Shown one piece after another: positions 1 through 9,908 of a stretch of 32,000 nt of DNA; positions within the stretch are counted from its first letter, which is position 1; each line of letters starts with the position of its first letter. Source of the stretch: Candidatus Electrothrix yaqonensis (GTDB lineage: Bacteria; Desulfobacterota; Desulfobulbia; Desulfobulbales; Desulfobulbaceae). The position numbers and the translations under genes are program-made. The stretch lies in assembly GCA_047651235.1 (NCBI GenBank), contig CP178758.1:1230001-1262000 (forward strand), read 5' to 3'. A model generated the notes under the pieces. It had not been told where the DNA came from and ran no database searches. It worked only from the letters and a program-made list of their open reading frames with translations.

Positions 1-500
1 ACATGGACGACAAAAGGAATTTCCGTGATACCGCTTAAACTGATGCCCTCCGACATAAGGGCCAACCCGCCGCCCGAGGTTGTGACAAAAGCTCGGGCAC
101 CGGCATACCAAGCACCAAGTGCCATGTTCACGGCCGTAATTTCATCTTCAACCTGTTCGATAATACATTCTGTCTGCTCAGACCAGCCAGCCAGTTTGAC
201 CAACACCCCGGTTGCAGGCGACATCGGGTACGATGCAACATAACGCACGTTTGCCGCAATTGCGCCCATAGCCACAGCTTCTGTTCCGCTGATCAGCATC
301 TCATCCTGAACAGATGCATCTTTTTCTATATCGACCTCCAGGTATTCCGCTATCCTGGCAGATTCCTTGATCCCCTCTTTTGCGGCCTGGATATTTTCCT
401 GGATAATCTTTTCATCTTTTCCCTTAACAGAGGTAGAAAACTCTCGACAGAGACGATCTCCGGATTCGCTTGATTCAACTTTTCGCAGGCAGGGATTCAA
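1..500 (-). CDS. 2-oxoacid:ferredoxin oxidoreductase alpha-subunit-like protein, partial. It continues past the window start, and its 5' end appears truncated.
   Basis: Hand translation of the minus strand gives ...KGKDEKIIQENIQAAKEGIKESARIAEYLEVDIEKDASVQDEMLISGTEAVAMGAIAANVRYVASYPMSPATGVLVKLAGWSEQTECIIEQVEDEITAVNMALGAWYAGARAFVTTSGGGLALMSEGISLSGITEIPFVVH. This is the typical KorA/PorA-type pyrimidine-binding domain, preceded by the tail of a gamma-like domain. The frame is closed by TAG at 624-626, and there is no in-frame ATG upstream of 299. The only candidate start is TTG at 498-500. Confidence 0.6.
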   Translation of the reverse strand, partial: MNPCLRKVESSESGDRLCREFSTSVKGKDEKIIQENIQAAKEGIKESARIAEYLEVDIEKDASVQDEMLISGTEAVAMGAIAANVRYVASYPMSPATGVLVKLAGWSEQTECIIEQVEDEITAVNMALGAWYAGARAFVTTSGGGLALMSEGISLSGITEIPFVVH

Positions 501-823
501 TATCTTAACTTCACCGTATGATTTGTTTCTGCACAGGCTGACTGCGGTCAGCCGCTGAACGACAGAATCAAAAAAACAAAAAACTTTACTTTTTCTCCTC
601 TGTTCCGAGTAAAAAATACCCGTCTATCATCTGCATCAGAATCCCTCCTGTTCATTACGGGATGTATTGTCAGGTAGGAATGACAAACATTCTTTGTGAT
701 CCCCGGATACTGTCCGTAATACACGCTGTTTCTTTGTGCTGCCGTGCCTTTTTTTATTCAGGCATAATATTTGCTTAGTTATACTGTAGCTCAGTTTACC
801 GCTCTGGAGGAGACCCCCTGTTT

Positions 824-3169
824 ATGCAGACCTATCGCACTGAAAAAAGGCTCTTTATCGGAATGTTTGCAGTACTGCTTCTGGTATGGCCCCTGCTGCT
901 CTCCGTGCTGCTGTTCTGGAACACACAGCACATGAAAAAAACAACAATATCAATGGCTGAAAATAATGCCAGGATGATATGGGAAAAAGATACCCTGTAC
1001 CGCTCCTGGATCGTTTTTCACGGAGGAGTCTATGTCCCGGTTTCCGAACAAAACCCTCCGAACCCTTATCTTTCGATTGAACACCAGGATGTACAGATCG
1101 GAGGACGGGAATATACCCTGGTCAATCCGGCATATATGTTCCGGCAGATGTATGCCCAGAATCCGGAGCATCCGACAATCCGGGGACGCCTGACAAGCCT
1201 TGCGCCGATGCGGCCGGACAACGGGCCGACGGCGTGGGAGGAACAGGCGCTCCGCTCCTTTGAGCACGGTAATGAGGAGTACATAGAAACCGCCGACGTT
1301 AAAGGGAAATACTATCTCCGTTTCATGCGTCCTGTCAGAATGGAAAAGGCATGTCTGCGCTGCCATCAGGAAGAGGGCCGCAGGCTCGGTGAAATCAGAG
1401 GCGGCATAAGCCTCACGATTCCTTTGGAAGACCAGTTTTTCCTGTACAGAAAGAATGTCAGCAAACTCGGACGGGCTTTCTTGGCAATCTGGCTGGCCGG
1501 AACCGCGATTATTTGTGTAACCTACACCATTGTCCGCAGGATGCTCGGCACGCTTGTCCAGAGTGAAAAGCAGAAGACAACCATTCTGGACACACTGGAC
1601 AGGGTGGGAGTCGGATTATATATTGTTGACAGAACATTCCGGATCCGTTACGCCAACAGCACCATGAGCAACTGGTTTCCCTGTGAACCCGGATCAACAT
1701 GCCATGAGTCCGCCCACGGGCAGGAGCATCCCTGTACCTCCTGCTGCCTGGAACAGGTGGTGCAGGGTCATGAAACCATCCGGTATGAACTCAGCTTTCA
1801 GGAGCGGAGCTTTGATGTTGTCGCCACCCCTATTCTCCTGCACGACGGAACACCGGCAAAAATGGAAGTCAGACTGGATGTGACAGACCGAAAAAAGGCT
1901 GAACAGGAGCACCGCAAGGCAATCGAGCTGCAGAAGGCCAAAGAGGTGGCAGAAGCTGCAACCCAAGCAAAATCAATGTTTCTGGCCAATATGAGTCATG
2001 AAATACGCACGCCGATGAACACCATCCTCGGCATGTCAAAACTTGCTCTGGAAACCGACCTGACCCCGGAACAGCGTAATCTGATTTCCAAGGTGAATAT
2101 TGCTTCCGGCGCGCTCCTCGGCATTATTAATGATATTCTTGACTTGTCCAGAATAGAAGCAGGTAAGATGAAGTTGGAAACCGTTGAATTCCGCATACAA
2201 GATGTACTGGATCAGGTTGAAGATATTGTCCGGATCAGGGCTGAGGACAAGGGCCTGGTTCTGCATATCGACTGCGGAGAGAATATTCCAGAGGTGCTGC
2301 AGGGAGATCCCCAGCGCCTCCGTCAGGTGCTGCTTAATCTTGCCAATAATGCGGTCAAATTCACCGACACCGGCCATGTGGATATCAGGGTTTCCCGGCT
2401 GGAGCGAAAAAGCGGCAAGAGTAAGGTACAGCTGCACTTTTCTGTTGCAGACACCGGGATCGGTATGCGTCCGGATGAGCAGGATAAACTTTTTCACACC
2501 TTCAGCCAGCTGGACAATGCGGCTGCCCGGAAATATGAAGGCAGCGGTCTAGGATTGGTGATCAGTCAAAAACTGGTCAGCATGATGGGTGGTGAGATCC
2601 AAGTGGACAGCGAATTGAACAGGGGATCTGATTTTCACTTCACCTTGGAGCTGGAGCCGGGAAGTCAGAATCATCTGCCTGCAGAGCAGGCAAAATCAGT
2701 GGAGAACTCAGGGGAAAACATGCCGCAGTTGAAAGGAAAAAAAATTCTGGTGGTCGAGGACAATGCCTTTAATATGGAACTGGCAACCATTCTGCTCAGG
2801 CAGAAAAAACTTGCTGTTCTGCAGGCGGAAACCGGCAGGGAGGCCCTGCACATTCTGGAAAACAATCCTGTTGACTGTGTGCTTATGGATATGCAGATGC
2901 CGGTGATGGACGGCTGTACAGCCTGCCGGGCAATCCGCAGCAGCGGCAGGCTGCACAACCTGCCGGTTATCGCCATGACCGCAAATGTTATGCGGACAGA
3001 TATAGAAAAATGCAGGGAAGCCGGTATGAACGATCATATCGGCAAGCCGCTGAATGAAAAAGAACTCTTCCGGACGTTGACCAGATGGTTGACCGAGAGA
3101 AACGGAAATTCCGGACCTGACTCTATTGACTCTGTTATTCCTGACAGCGCAGAAAAGCCGCCTGTATGA
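824..3169 (+). CDS. Hybrid sensor histidine kinase/response regulator: N-terminal TM, CXXCH sensor domain, TM, PAS-like, HisKA, HATPase_c, REC
   Basis: 781-aa ORF with ATG at 824 and GGAGGAG upstream. CLRCH motif lies in the periplasmic-type domain (DUF3365/Tll0287-like heme c signature). H-box is [11 protein letters not shown] boxes are present ([22 protein letters not shown]). C-terminal receiver domain (ILVVEDN...[14 protein letters not shown]...MTANV...K). Confidence 0.9.
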   Translation: MQTYRTEKRLFIGMFAVLLLVWPLLLSVLLFWNTQHMKKTTISMAENNARMIWEKDTLYRSWIVFHGGVYVPVSEQNPPNPYLSIEHQDVQIGGREYTLVNPAYMFRQMYAQNPEHPTIRGRLTSLAPMRPDNGPTAWEEQALRSFEHGNEEYIETADVKGKYYLRFMRPVRMEKACLRCHQEEGRRLGEIRGGISLTIPLEDQFFLYRKNVSKLGRAFLAIWLAGTAIICVTYTIVRRMLGTLVQSEKQKTTILDTLDRVGVGLYIVDRTFRIRYANSTMSNWFPCEPGSTCHESAHGQEHPCTSCCLEQVVQGHETIRYELSFQERSFDVVATPILLHDGTPAKMEVRLDVTDRKKAEQEHRKAIELQKAKEVAEAATQAKSMFLANMSHEIRTPMNTILGMSKLALETDLTPEQRNLISKVNIASGALLGIINDILDLSRIEAGKMKLETVEFRIQDVLDQVEDIVRIRAEDKGLVLHIDCGENIPEVLQGDPQRLRQVLLNLANNAVKFTDTGHVDIRVSRLERKSGKSKVQLHFSVADTGIGMRPDEQDKLFHTFSQLDNAAARKYEGSGLGLVISQKLVSMMGGEIQVDSELNRGSDFHFTLELEPGSQNHLPAEQAKSVENSGENMPQLKGKKILVVEDNAFNMELATILLRQKKLAVLQAETGREALHILENNPVDCVLMDMQMPVMDGCTACRAIRSSGRLHNLPVIAMTANVMRTDIEKCREAGMNDHIGKPLNEKELFRTLTRWLTERNGNSGPDSIDSVIPDSAEKPPV

Positions 3170-3716
3170 CCAGCGGAGCAGCAAAGCGGGCAGCAGGATT
3201 GCCCCATTCATCATAGCCCATACTGATCCACTCGCCCTGACTGACCCATTCCTCATAGGCAAAATTCCAGCCGCTCCAGTAATCCCGGCATCTGTACGGC
3301 TGAATCGGACCGTAATAGGAAAAGACCGGTTCATCACTTTCTTCAGCAGCCCGGCGGGCACCTCCGATGAGCAGCATGTCGGCCCCGCGCGACATGGCCT
3401 CCTTTTCGGTCATCTGGGCAATAGCCTGCCCGCTGAGACCTTCCGGGATATGGACAAGAAGATAGGCGAAAACCCGGCAGCTTACCGGCACCTGGTCTGC
3501 CTGAAAAGTCGGAACCACCTTGCTTGAGGGAGGGTATCTGATCCCTGTATAGCTGTCTCTCTTCCGCCAGACACTGGTCAAGGAGTTCGGCAGGGCAGCC
3601 AGCTCACCCCACAGAGATATGGTCTTGTTTTCATTATCCCGGGCACAGCCGGAAAACAACAGAGATGCTGCACTGAGAACGGCAGCAAAGAACATATTGC
3701 CTTGTTTGTTCATCAT
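3135..3716 (-). CDS. Lipoprotein of unknown function, distal gene of the T6SS operon
   Basis: ORF 3135-3779. The likely start is the tandem ATG at 3716/3713, giving [24 protein letters not shown], a lipobox (LFSG-C). I recognise no family. Its 3' end overlaps the convergent kinase gene by 35 bp. Confidence 0.6.
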   Translation of the reverse strand: MMNKQGNMFFAAVLSAASLLFSGCARDNENKTISLWGELAALPNSLTSVWRKRDSYTGIRYPPSSKVVPTFQADQVPVSCRVFAYLLVHIPEGLSGQAIAQMTEKEAMSRGADMLLIGGARRAAEESDEPVFSYYGPIQPYRCRDYWSGWNFAYEEWVSQGEWISMGYDEWGNPAARFAAPLVIQAAFLRCQE

Positions 3717-3802
3717 GTTTTTTTTTGCAAAGTCCAAGGAGTACCAAGGGGAATACCCGGCCCTTGAGACAAAGTTCATTCGTCAGATTGATTCAGGCTC
3801 AT

Positions 3803-4864
3803 TCATGCGCTCCGCATTCCGGGGCCATGAGTACGTATTTTTCCGTAGCCCCTGAGTTTTACGCGACCGTTTGCCGGACTTTTTTCCCCGGAAAAAAGCC
3901 ATGTGTTCCAACCGAGACTTGCCCGGGACGTATGACCAAGCCGGCAGGTCTCCATATCTTCCTGTCTGATTTCCAGCTGCAGATTCCAGAGCAATGATTT
4001 ATCACAATAGAAACGTACGCATTCCAGCAGCAGCCGATGACCTTCCCGGTCAGGAAGCAGTTCCTGCAGGCGTGTACCGTTCAGTGGGCCGAGATGCAGG
4101 AGAAATTTTCCCATCCTGTCCCGAACCAGAGACCCGATATGAGCATCCTCACCGAGACGGGTGTTGGTCATACCAAGAAAACAGCGCTGATCTGGTGTGA
4201 TGACAGCCTGGTACTCCACGCATTGCTGCACATTGACACTAGGTTCCTGCAGCATATCAGAGACCAGGACCCGGAGGCCTTCTGCGGATCGCGGCTTCTG
4301 AACACCAAGTCCGATATAGGGAAGAAAACGACGATCATGGTCAAGAAATTTACGGGTATCCTGACGGGCAATCCCCAGCAGGCTGAACAGCATCAGATAG
4401 TTTCTGTTGCTTTCATCCTCGCTGAACCGATGGGCAATATTATACTTTTCCCAGGCCTGAAAATATGTATTATAAAATTGCTGATTGATGATGTCGAAAA
4501 ATTCCCGGGTGGCATTTCTGCCTTCCCGTTCCTCGTCAATCAGATCCTCAGTATAAAAGGTCGGCAAAGGGGAAGAAGAGCCGTACAGTCCCAAAAACGT
4601 CGCTGTAATCCGAAAACGTGCCTGGCCTTCATCAATCTCTTCAACCCTGACGACATCGGTACCGGGAAAATCCAGACTGAGATTCGGTCGGACCCGAATC
4701 AGGCGGAACAGTTCCTCATTGCTCAGTTCTTTGCCCTGCTGTCTGCTCAGGTACAGTTTGAGCAGGCGGACGACCTGGATAAAAGGAAGCTGGTGTCCCC
4801 GCTCAAGCAGGAGCTGTCTGATATCTGTCAGAGCAGGGGAATGCTGCCGATTCTCGCTGGCCAT
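3803..4864 (-). CDS. tssG: Type VI secretion baseplate protein TssG
   Basis: 353-aa ORF directly after tssF, overlapping it by 37 nt, in the canonical tssE-F-G order. The N-terminus (LLERGHQLPFIQVVRLL) and overall size fit the TssG family. Confidence 0.85.
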   Translation of the reverse strand: MASENRQHSPALTDIRQLLLERGHQLPFIQVVRLLKLYLSRQQGKELSNEELFRLIRVRPNLSLDFPGTDVVRVEEIDEGQARFRITATFLGLYGSSSPLPTFYTEDLIDEEREGRNATREFFDIINQQFYNTYFQAWEKYNIAHRFSEDESNRNYLMLFSLLGIARQDTRKFLDHDRRFLPYIGLGVQKPRSAEGLRVLVSDMLQEPSVNVQQCVEYQAVITPDQRCFLGMTNTRLGEDAHIGSLVRDRMGKFLLHLGPLNGTRLQELLPDREGHRLLLECVRFYCDKSLLWNLQLEIRQEDMETCRLGHTSRASLGWNTWLFSGEKSPANGRVKLRGYGKIRTHGPGMRSA

Positions 4865-6570
4865 GCAAAATTCTCCCCGGTGTTGCTGTTGGTTATATTG
4901 AGCTGGGTGAAGCTGTTCATCCCTGCGTATTCACTGAAAAATTCGTCAAGCACCAGACCGAAAAGATAAAAGTCGCCAAGTCCGGCAAAATGATCCGCCC
5001 GGATACTCAGATGGAGACTTTGACCGCGCATCATTACTCCCCGCATAAGACGGTTTATCGACCGGACTTCATAGCTTTCTATGCCGCTGATCCGTTTTTC
5101 ATTAGCCTCGACCCGGCCCCGGTCACGGCCATGACTGAAAATATAGAGACGCAGTAATTTGCGCAGACTGTTCACATCACTCAGACTGAACAGGTTGAGC
5201 GAAAAATGGGAAAGAAAATACCAGAGCGTGTCACCGGCAATAGGCGGATCAATAGGCCGGGTCGGCTGCATCAGGTTTTTAAAGTCTATGAGTTCAGGCG
5301 TATCAGCCGTAGGGCGGTTGATCTCCCCCGGTTTAAGTTCAGCCGGAAGATCGCCGTCCGAACAGGTAAGGCGGACGGTCAGCGTCTCCTCAATCAGCGA
5401 TTCAGCTCCGGAAGGATAGGCAAACCGTAACGCCACTTCAGGGCGGTTATGTACAGCAGAAATCGAATGGAGCAGAGTGTAGCTGTTCCCGCCGCTTTTC
5501 TGGTCCCCGAAACCGATTTCCGGGGTATATTCTTTTTTTCGGACTGCTCCGCGGCTGAAACCGGTTACCTTGTCTACACTGTGGACTTCAGGCCGCCGAC
5601 CGTCCACCATGGCCGGAGTTATCCGTATTTTGTCCAGCCGATGATCGAGCAGAATAGGTTCAGCTTCATGCCGGAACAGATTGATTGCCGGGATGGTGGC
5701 AAGTAGAAAAGAATCATTCCCTATGGTTGCTGCAATGGCTTCAGGCAGTCTGTCCAGTTCAAAGGTTATAGTGAAATGCCGGGAATCTCCCCGCTGCCGC
5801 CATTGTTCAAGGCCGAACAGCTCAAGGTAAAGAAATTTATGCGGGAGAATAAAGTATTCTTGGAGCAGACGATAGCCGCCGAACGATCTGCCCGGATAGG
5901 GCAGCAGGCTGTTTTCCCGCTTCAGGGCCTCCGGTTTGAGCATTTTCGCATCAAGGGTGCGCGAATATTTTCCATCGCCGGAACGTAAAATAATACGGCG
6001 AAGATGGCGGCAGAGCACCATAAACAGATTGCTGGCTCCGGTATAGGAGCCGCCGAGAAAAAAAGACAACGAATCAGGATGCCATGTGGCAAGGGAGCCG
6101 CCGGTCAGCTCAAGGTGCAGGGTAATGGACTGACTGTGCGGCGACATCTCATCTTTTTCTACTTTTACCATCCGCAACGGGTTCACATCGCATGAGAAAC
6201 AGGTGCGGAACAGGCAGGATGTCTCTTTAATTTCAGCGGAACGCAGGGCAGTGCCTCCGGGAATTTTGATCATTTCCTGGAGACCGCTTTTCGGGGTAAA
6301 ACGTACAAGCGTCAGGGAAGGAACAGGACGCAGGCAATGAGGGAAGACCAATTCGGTAAGCAGATGGATAATTTCAGGCAGAGAATCATCGAGCTTCTGC
6401 TTCAGCAGTCCGGTGAGAAAGGCTGTCCCTTCGAGCAGCCGTTCCACATCAGGATCTGTGGACTGCCCGCTGAGCATAGAGGCGATTGCCGGATGTATAT
6501 CAGCGAATTCCCTAGCCAGGCTCCTGATATTGTGCAGTTCCTGCTGATAATATTTATTGAATTCGGACAC
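4828..6570 (-). CDS. tssF: Type VI secretion baseplate protein TssF
   Basis: 580-aa ORF. N-terminus FNKYYQQELHNIRSLAREFADIHP is the characteristic TssF opening. GTG start at 6570. Confidence 0.9.
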   Translation of the reverse strand: MSEFNKYYQQELHNIRSLAREFADIHPAIASMLSGQSTDPDVERLLEGTAFLTGLLKQKLDDSLPEIIHLLTELVFPHCLRPVPSLTLVRFTPKSGLQEMIKIPGGTALRSAEIKETSCLFRTCFSCDVNPLRMVKVEKDEMSPHSQSITLHLELTGGSLATWHPDSLSFFLGGSYTGASNLFMVLCRHLRRIILRSGDGKYSRTLDAKMLKPEALKRENSLLPYPGRSFGGYRLLQEYFILPHKFLYLELFGLEQWRQRGDSRHFTITFELDRLPEAIAATIGNDSFLLATIPAINLFRHEAEPILLDHRLDKIRITPAMVDGRRPEVHSVDKVTGFSRGAVRKKEYTPEIGFGDQKSGGNSYTLLHSISAVHNRPEVALRFAYPSGAESLIEETLTVRLTCSDGDLPAELKPGEINRPTADTPELIDFKNLMQPTRPIDPPIAGDTLWYFLSHFSLNLFSLSDVNSLRKLLRLYIFSHGRDRGRVEANEKRISGIESYEVRSINRLMRGVMMRGQSLHLSIRADHFAGLGDFYLFGLVLDEFFSEYAGMNSFTQLNITNSNTGENFAWPARIGSIPLL

Positions 6571-6669
6571 GTTTTTTCAGGGAAGGACAAGTGATTGGCG
6601 GGAACAGACGGAAAAGTCGCCCTCGGCTGCAGCGTGAACTTATATTATTTATATTATAATTATAAAAAA

Positions 6670-7083
6670 CTAACTGACTCCGACATGTCCATCTGTAGAA
6701 ACGACGGTCTCAAAGGTAACCGGCACATCCTCCTGTCCGGCCAGGACAGCTTCAATACGAAAACGGAGGCTGAAGGCATCTCTCTCGTTCTGGTTCATTA
6801 TCATACGAATCTTGGCCAGACGGGGTTCGTATTTCTGCACCACCTTCTGCAGAATCTGTTCAACGTTCTGTCTGATTTCCTGAACAGAATCTCCCGGCAC
6901 ATTGGTCAGGTCCGGGACCCCATAGTCCGGCAAGGTGGCCACGCTGCCCTGCCGGGTATTGAGCAGGCGCGAGAGGTGCTGAAGAACGGACCGGGTTTCA
7001 TCGGTTGCTGCCGACTTTTCCCGCTTTCCTTTCTCCTCTTTCTCCAGACGCGTTATACGCTCAAACAGACGTTCCCGCAACAT
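6670..7083 (-). CDS. tssE: Type VI secretion baseplate protein TssE (gp25-like)
   Basis: The ORF track starts at a TTG (7128). ATG at 7083 is preceded by AAGGA and gives MLRERLFERI..., typical of TssE. The LLNTRQGSVATLPDYGVPDL motif is gp25/TssE-like. Confidence 0.85.
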   Translation of the reverse strand: MLRERLFERITRLEKEEKGKREKSAATDETRSVLQHLSRLLNTRQGSVATLPDYGVPDLTNVPGDSVQEIRQNVEQILQKVVQKYEPRLAKIRMIMNQNERDAFSLRFRIEAVLAGQEDVPVTFETVVSTDGHVGVS

Positions 7084-7131
7084 ACCCCGTCCTTTTGATG
7101 AATATTGCAGCAGGTACTGAAAATCCAAGAT

Positions 7132-7168
7132 ACAACCGGGATGATATGTAACGCATCAGCCCGGTTGT
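7132..7168 (-). terminator. Stem-loop between hcp and tssE (possible intra-operon attenuator)
   Basis: Perfect 9-bp inverted repeat ACAACCGGG (7132-7140) / CCCGGTTGT (7160-7168) with a 19-nt loop, followed on the minus strand by a partly U-rich tract. It is flanked by the 8-bp direct repeat AATCCAAG (7122-7129 and 7169-7176). Confidence 0.4.
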
Positions 7169-7242
7169 AATCCAAGTACACATGCAGCGCGCTTTGATCA
7201 GCAGGGGAGCACATTAACCTCCGGTGTTTTTCTGCTCAGGAA

Positions 7243-7734
7243 TTACGCAGACTTCGGTTTTTTCCAGTCATCTTCCGATTCAATGCCGTCCGGGTTATAG
7301 GTCCAGACAATCTTCTCATATGAGAAGAGTACTTTCTCCATATCATGATATGGCTTATTCTCCGGAAGAAATGTCATCGGAGTGTACTCCTGCATTTCAA
7401 CAACAATAGCATTTTCCAACTTGATCGTAAAGTACTGTTCTTCTTTCCCTTTGTCGTTGATGCGATAAAACCACAGTTCAAATTCCGTAATTCGTTCACC
7501 GCTGCAACATATATCAAAAAGAAGAGGGCTTGCCTGATCCTTATGCTTGGTAATCCCCAGCGGTTGATGAATACGTTGTCCACTCGCCAGCCCGGTATGA
7601 GTATCTCTGGGGATTTCAACCGTATGGTCAAACGCATAGACCAGAATCATATCCTCGCGTCCGGCCTGGGTGCAATCACCTTTGACATCGCCAGTCTCTG
7701 AGCCCTTAAGTTTCAGATACATTGTATTAGCCAT
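7243..7734 (-). CDS. hcp: Type VI secretion tube protein Hcp (TssD)
   Basis: 163-aa ORF with strong SD (AAGGAGG) 6 nt upstream of the ATG. MYLKLKG...GDVKGD...HQPLGITKHKDQASPLLF is typical of Hcp. Confidence 0.92.
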   Translation of the reverse strand: MANTMYLKLKGSETGDVKGDCTQAGREDMILVYAFDHTVEIPRDTHTGLASGQRIHQPLGITKHKDQASPLLFDICCSGERITEFELWFYRINDKGKEEQYFTIKLENAIVVEMQEYTPMTFLPENKPYHDMEKVLFSYEKIVWTYNPDGIESEDDWKKPKSA

Positions 7735-7793
7735 TTGACTACCTCCTTTTCATTTGGGGTATATGGTAGGTGTTACCGCTTATGCGGCTCTGC

Positions 7794-9281
7794 TTATGAT
7801 TTATCCAGTTTACCTACAAGCGACAGGGTAAATGAAGCACCCATGTACTTGAAATGGGGCTGCAACCTCATGCCGACCCTGTACCATCCGGGTTCTCCGG
7901 CGACTTCGGATACTTCGATCTTGGCCTGACGCAAAGGCCGACGACTGCGGACTCCTGGACCGGGATTTTCCTGGTTCGAGACATACTGACCGATCCACTT
8001 GTTCAGTTCGTCTTCCAGTTCGCCCCGCTCCTTCCAGGTTCCGATGTTTTCCCGCTGAATCACCTTCAGGTAATGGGCGATACGGCTGACCACAAAGGTA
8101 TAGGGCAATTGGGTTCCGAGCTTATAGTTGAGTTCAGCCTGTTTCCCCTCTTCCGTATTGGGGAAAATTTTCGGTTGCTGAATGGAGTTGGCAGAAAAGA
8201 AGGCGGCATTATCGCTGCCCTTGCGCATGGTCAAAGCCATGAAGCCCTCCTCGGCCAGCTCAAATTCCCGCCGGTCAGAAATCTCGATTTGGGTAGGGAT
8301 TTTATTCTGCAGCTCACCCATGGCCTCAAATTGATACAGCGGAAGATCCTCTACTGCTCCGCCCCCCTGGGGGCCGATAATATTTGCACACCAGCGGTAT
8401 TTGGCAAAACTGTCCGTGATTCTGGCGGTAAAGGCAAAGGCGGCATTCCCCCAGAGAAAGGATCCGTCACTCTCGGAAACATCCTCGCTATAATTAAAAC
8501 TCTTCACAGGGATATTATCCGGCCCATAGGGAAGACGCAGGAGAAAACGCGGCAGAGCAAGCGCCACATTGCGTGAGTCTTCGGCCTGGCGCAGGGAGCG
8601 CCATTTTGTGTATTGCGGCCCTTCAAAAATGGAGCGCAGATCCTTCAGATTGGGCAGCCCGGAAAAATCTTCGAGTCCGAAAAAGGACGGCCCGGCTGCA
8701 GCTGTGAACGGAGCATGGGACATGGTGGCAATACTGGCAATATTGCGCAGCAGAGCAACATCCTGATTGCCGGGGCCGAAGTCGAAGTTCCCCAGCATCA
8801 TCCCGTAGGGCTGGCCGCCGAACTGCCCGTATTCTGCGGTGTAGCCAAGTTTATACAGGCCTGATTTGACAATTTCCGGTGAATCCTCAAAGTCATCGAT
8901 CAGATCCTGCTTACTGACGTTCAGCAGTTCTACTTTAATATTTTCCCGGAAATCCGTATGATCAATAAGGTATTTGAGCGAACGCCACGCCCCTTCCAGC
9001 TGCTGAAACTCTTTATTATGGAGGATTAAGTTCATCTGCCTGGATAATTTCTGATCCAGATCAGATATCATTTCATCAACCAGCCCCTGGCTGACCCGAT
9101 GTTCTTCCCGACCCGGCTGGAGCAGGGCATCAATAAATGTCTGCAGCCCAAGTCTGGTGACGTCATAGCCTTCATCACCCGGAGACAACTTGGTTTCACG
9201 GACAATCTCATCCAGCAGGGAAATGGATTCTCCTTCCTGCGCTGCCGCTTCCTGCGCAGTTTCCTGTTGTTTTTCAGCCAT
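7794..9281 (-). CDS. tssC: Type VI secretion contractile sheath large subunit TssC
   Basis: 495-aa ORF directly downstream of tssB. Size and sequence (LLDEIV...EGAWRSLKYL...) fit TssC/VipB. Confidence 0.93.
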   Translation of the reverse strand: MAEKQQETAQEAAAQEGESISLLDEIVRETKLSPGDEGYDVTRLGLQTFIDALLQPGREEHRVSQGLVDEMISDLDQKLSRQMNLILHNKEFQQLEGAWRSLKYLIDHTDFRENIKVELLNVSKQDLIDDFEDSPEIVKSGLYKLGYTAEYGQFGGQPYGMMLGNFDFGPGNQDVALLRNIASIATMSHAPFTAAAGPSFFGLEDFSGLPNLKDLRSIFEGPQYTKWRSLRQAEDSRNVALALPRFLLRLPYGPDNIPVKSFNYSEDVSESDGSFLWGNAAFAFTARITDSFAKYRWCANIIGPQGGGAVEDLPLYQFEAMGELQNKIPTQIEISDRREFELAEEGFMALTMRKGSDNAAFFSANSIQQPKIFPNTEEGKQAELNYKLGTQLPYTFVVSRIAHYLKVIQRENIGTWKERGELEDELNKWIGQYVSNQENPGPGVRSRRPLRQAKIEVSEVAGEPGWYRVGMRLQPHFKYMGASFTLSLVGKLDKS

Positions 9282-9298
9282 ATTGTTTCTCTGCTCCT

Positions 9299-9784
9299 CT
9301 ATTCTTCAATATTGAGCTCTGCCAGCAGCTTCGCTCTGGCCTCTTCATCATCAATGATGGACGCAAGTTTTTTCTTGAACGTCGGGACATTGCCCAAAGG
9401 TCCTTTAACGGCCTTGAGTGCTTCCCGCAGTTCAAGCAGCTGCTTCAGTTCCGGAACCTTTTCCACTATCGCATCTGGAGTAAAATCTTTAATGGACTTA
9501 AAATCAAGCTCAAGAGTCATCTCCGCATCAGGCTCGCTGGAAAGTGTGTCCGGCACAACGGTCTTTAATTTTAACTGCTGTCCGGCAAGCACATCATTGA
9601 AATTATCCTTGTCAATATTGATGGGTTTACGGTCTTCAACAGCCCGATCATCCTCACGCAGAGTAAAGTCCCCCATCACCAGCACTTTCAGCGGCAGCTC
9701 AACCTCTTCCTTGGCATCTCCGGTTGCAGGTTTATAGACAACGTTAACCCGTTCCTTCGGTGCAACAGATCCTTGCTGACCCAT
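9299..9784 (-). CDS. tssB: Type VI secretion contractile sheath small subunit TssB
   Basis: 161-aa ORF. KERVNVVYKPATGDAKEEVELPLKVLVMGDFT is the TssB/VipA signature. SD AGAGGGA upstream. Confidence 0.93.
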   Translation of the reverse strand: MGQQGSVAPKERVNVVYKPATGDAKEEVELPLKVLVMGDFTLREDDRAVEDRKPINIDKDNFNDVLAGQQLKLKTVVPDTLSSEPDAEMTLELDFKSIKDFTPDAIVEKVPELKQLLELREALKAVKGPLGNVPTFKKKLASIIDDEEARAKLLAELNIEE

Positions 9785-9825
9785 ATTGTCCCTCTTTATT
9801 CCAAAATTAATATCATTGTTTGTTT

Positions 9826-9855
9826 AAAATAGCACCAAAAATAAGGTGCTGTCAA
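9826..9855 (-). promoter_or_regulatory. Candidate sigma70-type promoter for tssBC-hcp
   Basis: On the minus strand: TTGACA (9855-9850), an 18-nt spacer, then TATTTT (9831-9826), in the AT-rich 124-bp gap between tssA and tssB. The spacer itself forms the hairpin AGCACC-N8-GGTGCT. Confidence 0.3.
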
Positions 9856-9908
9856 TCTCTATCTTTCTATCTGATTATTATTAACCGACACAAAGTGGTG
9901 TCTCAATG

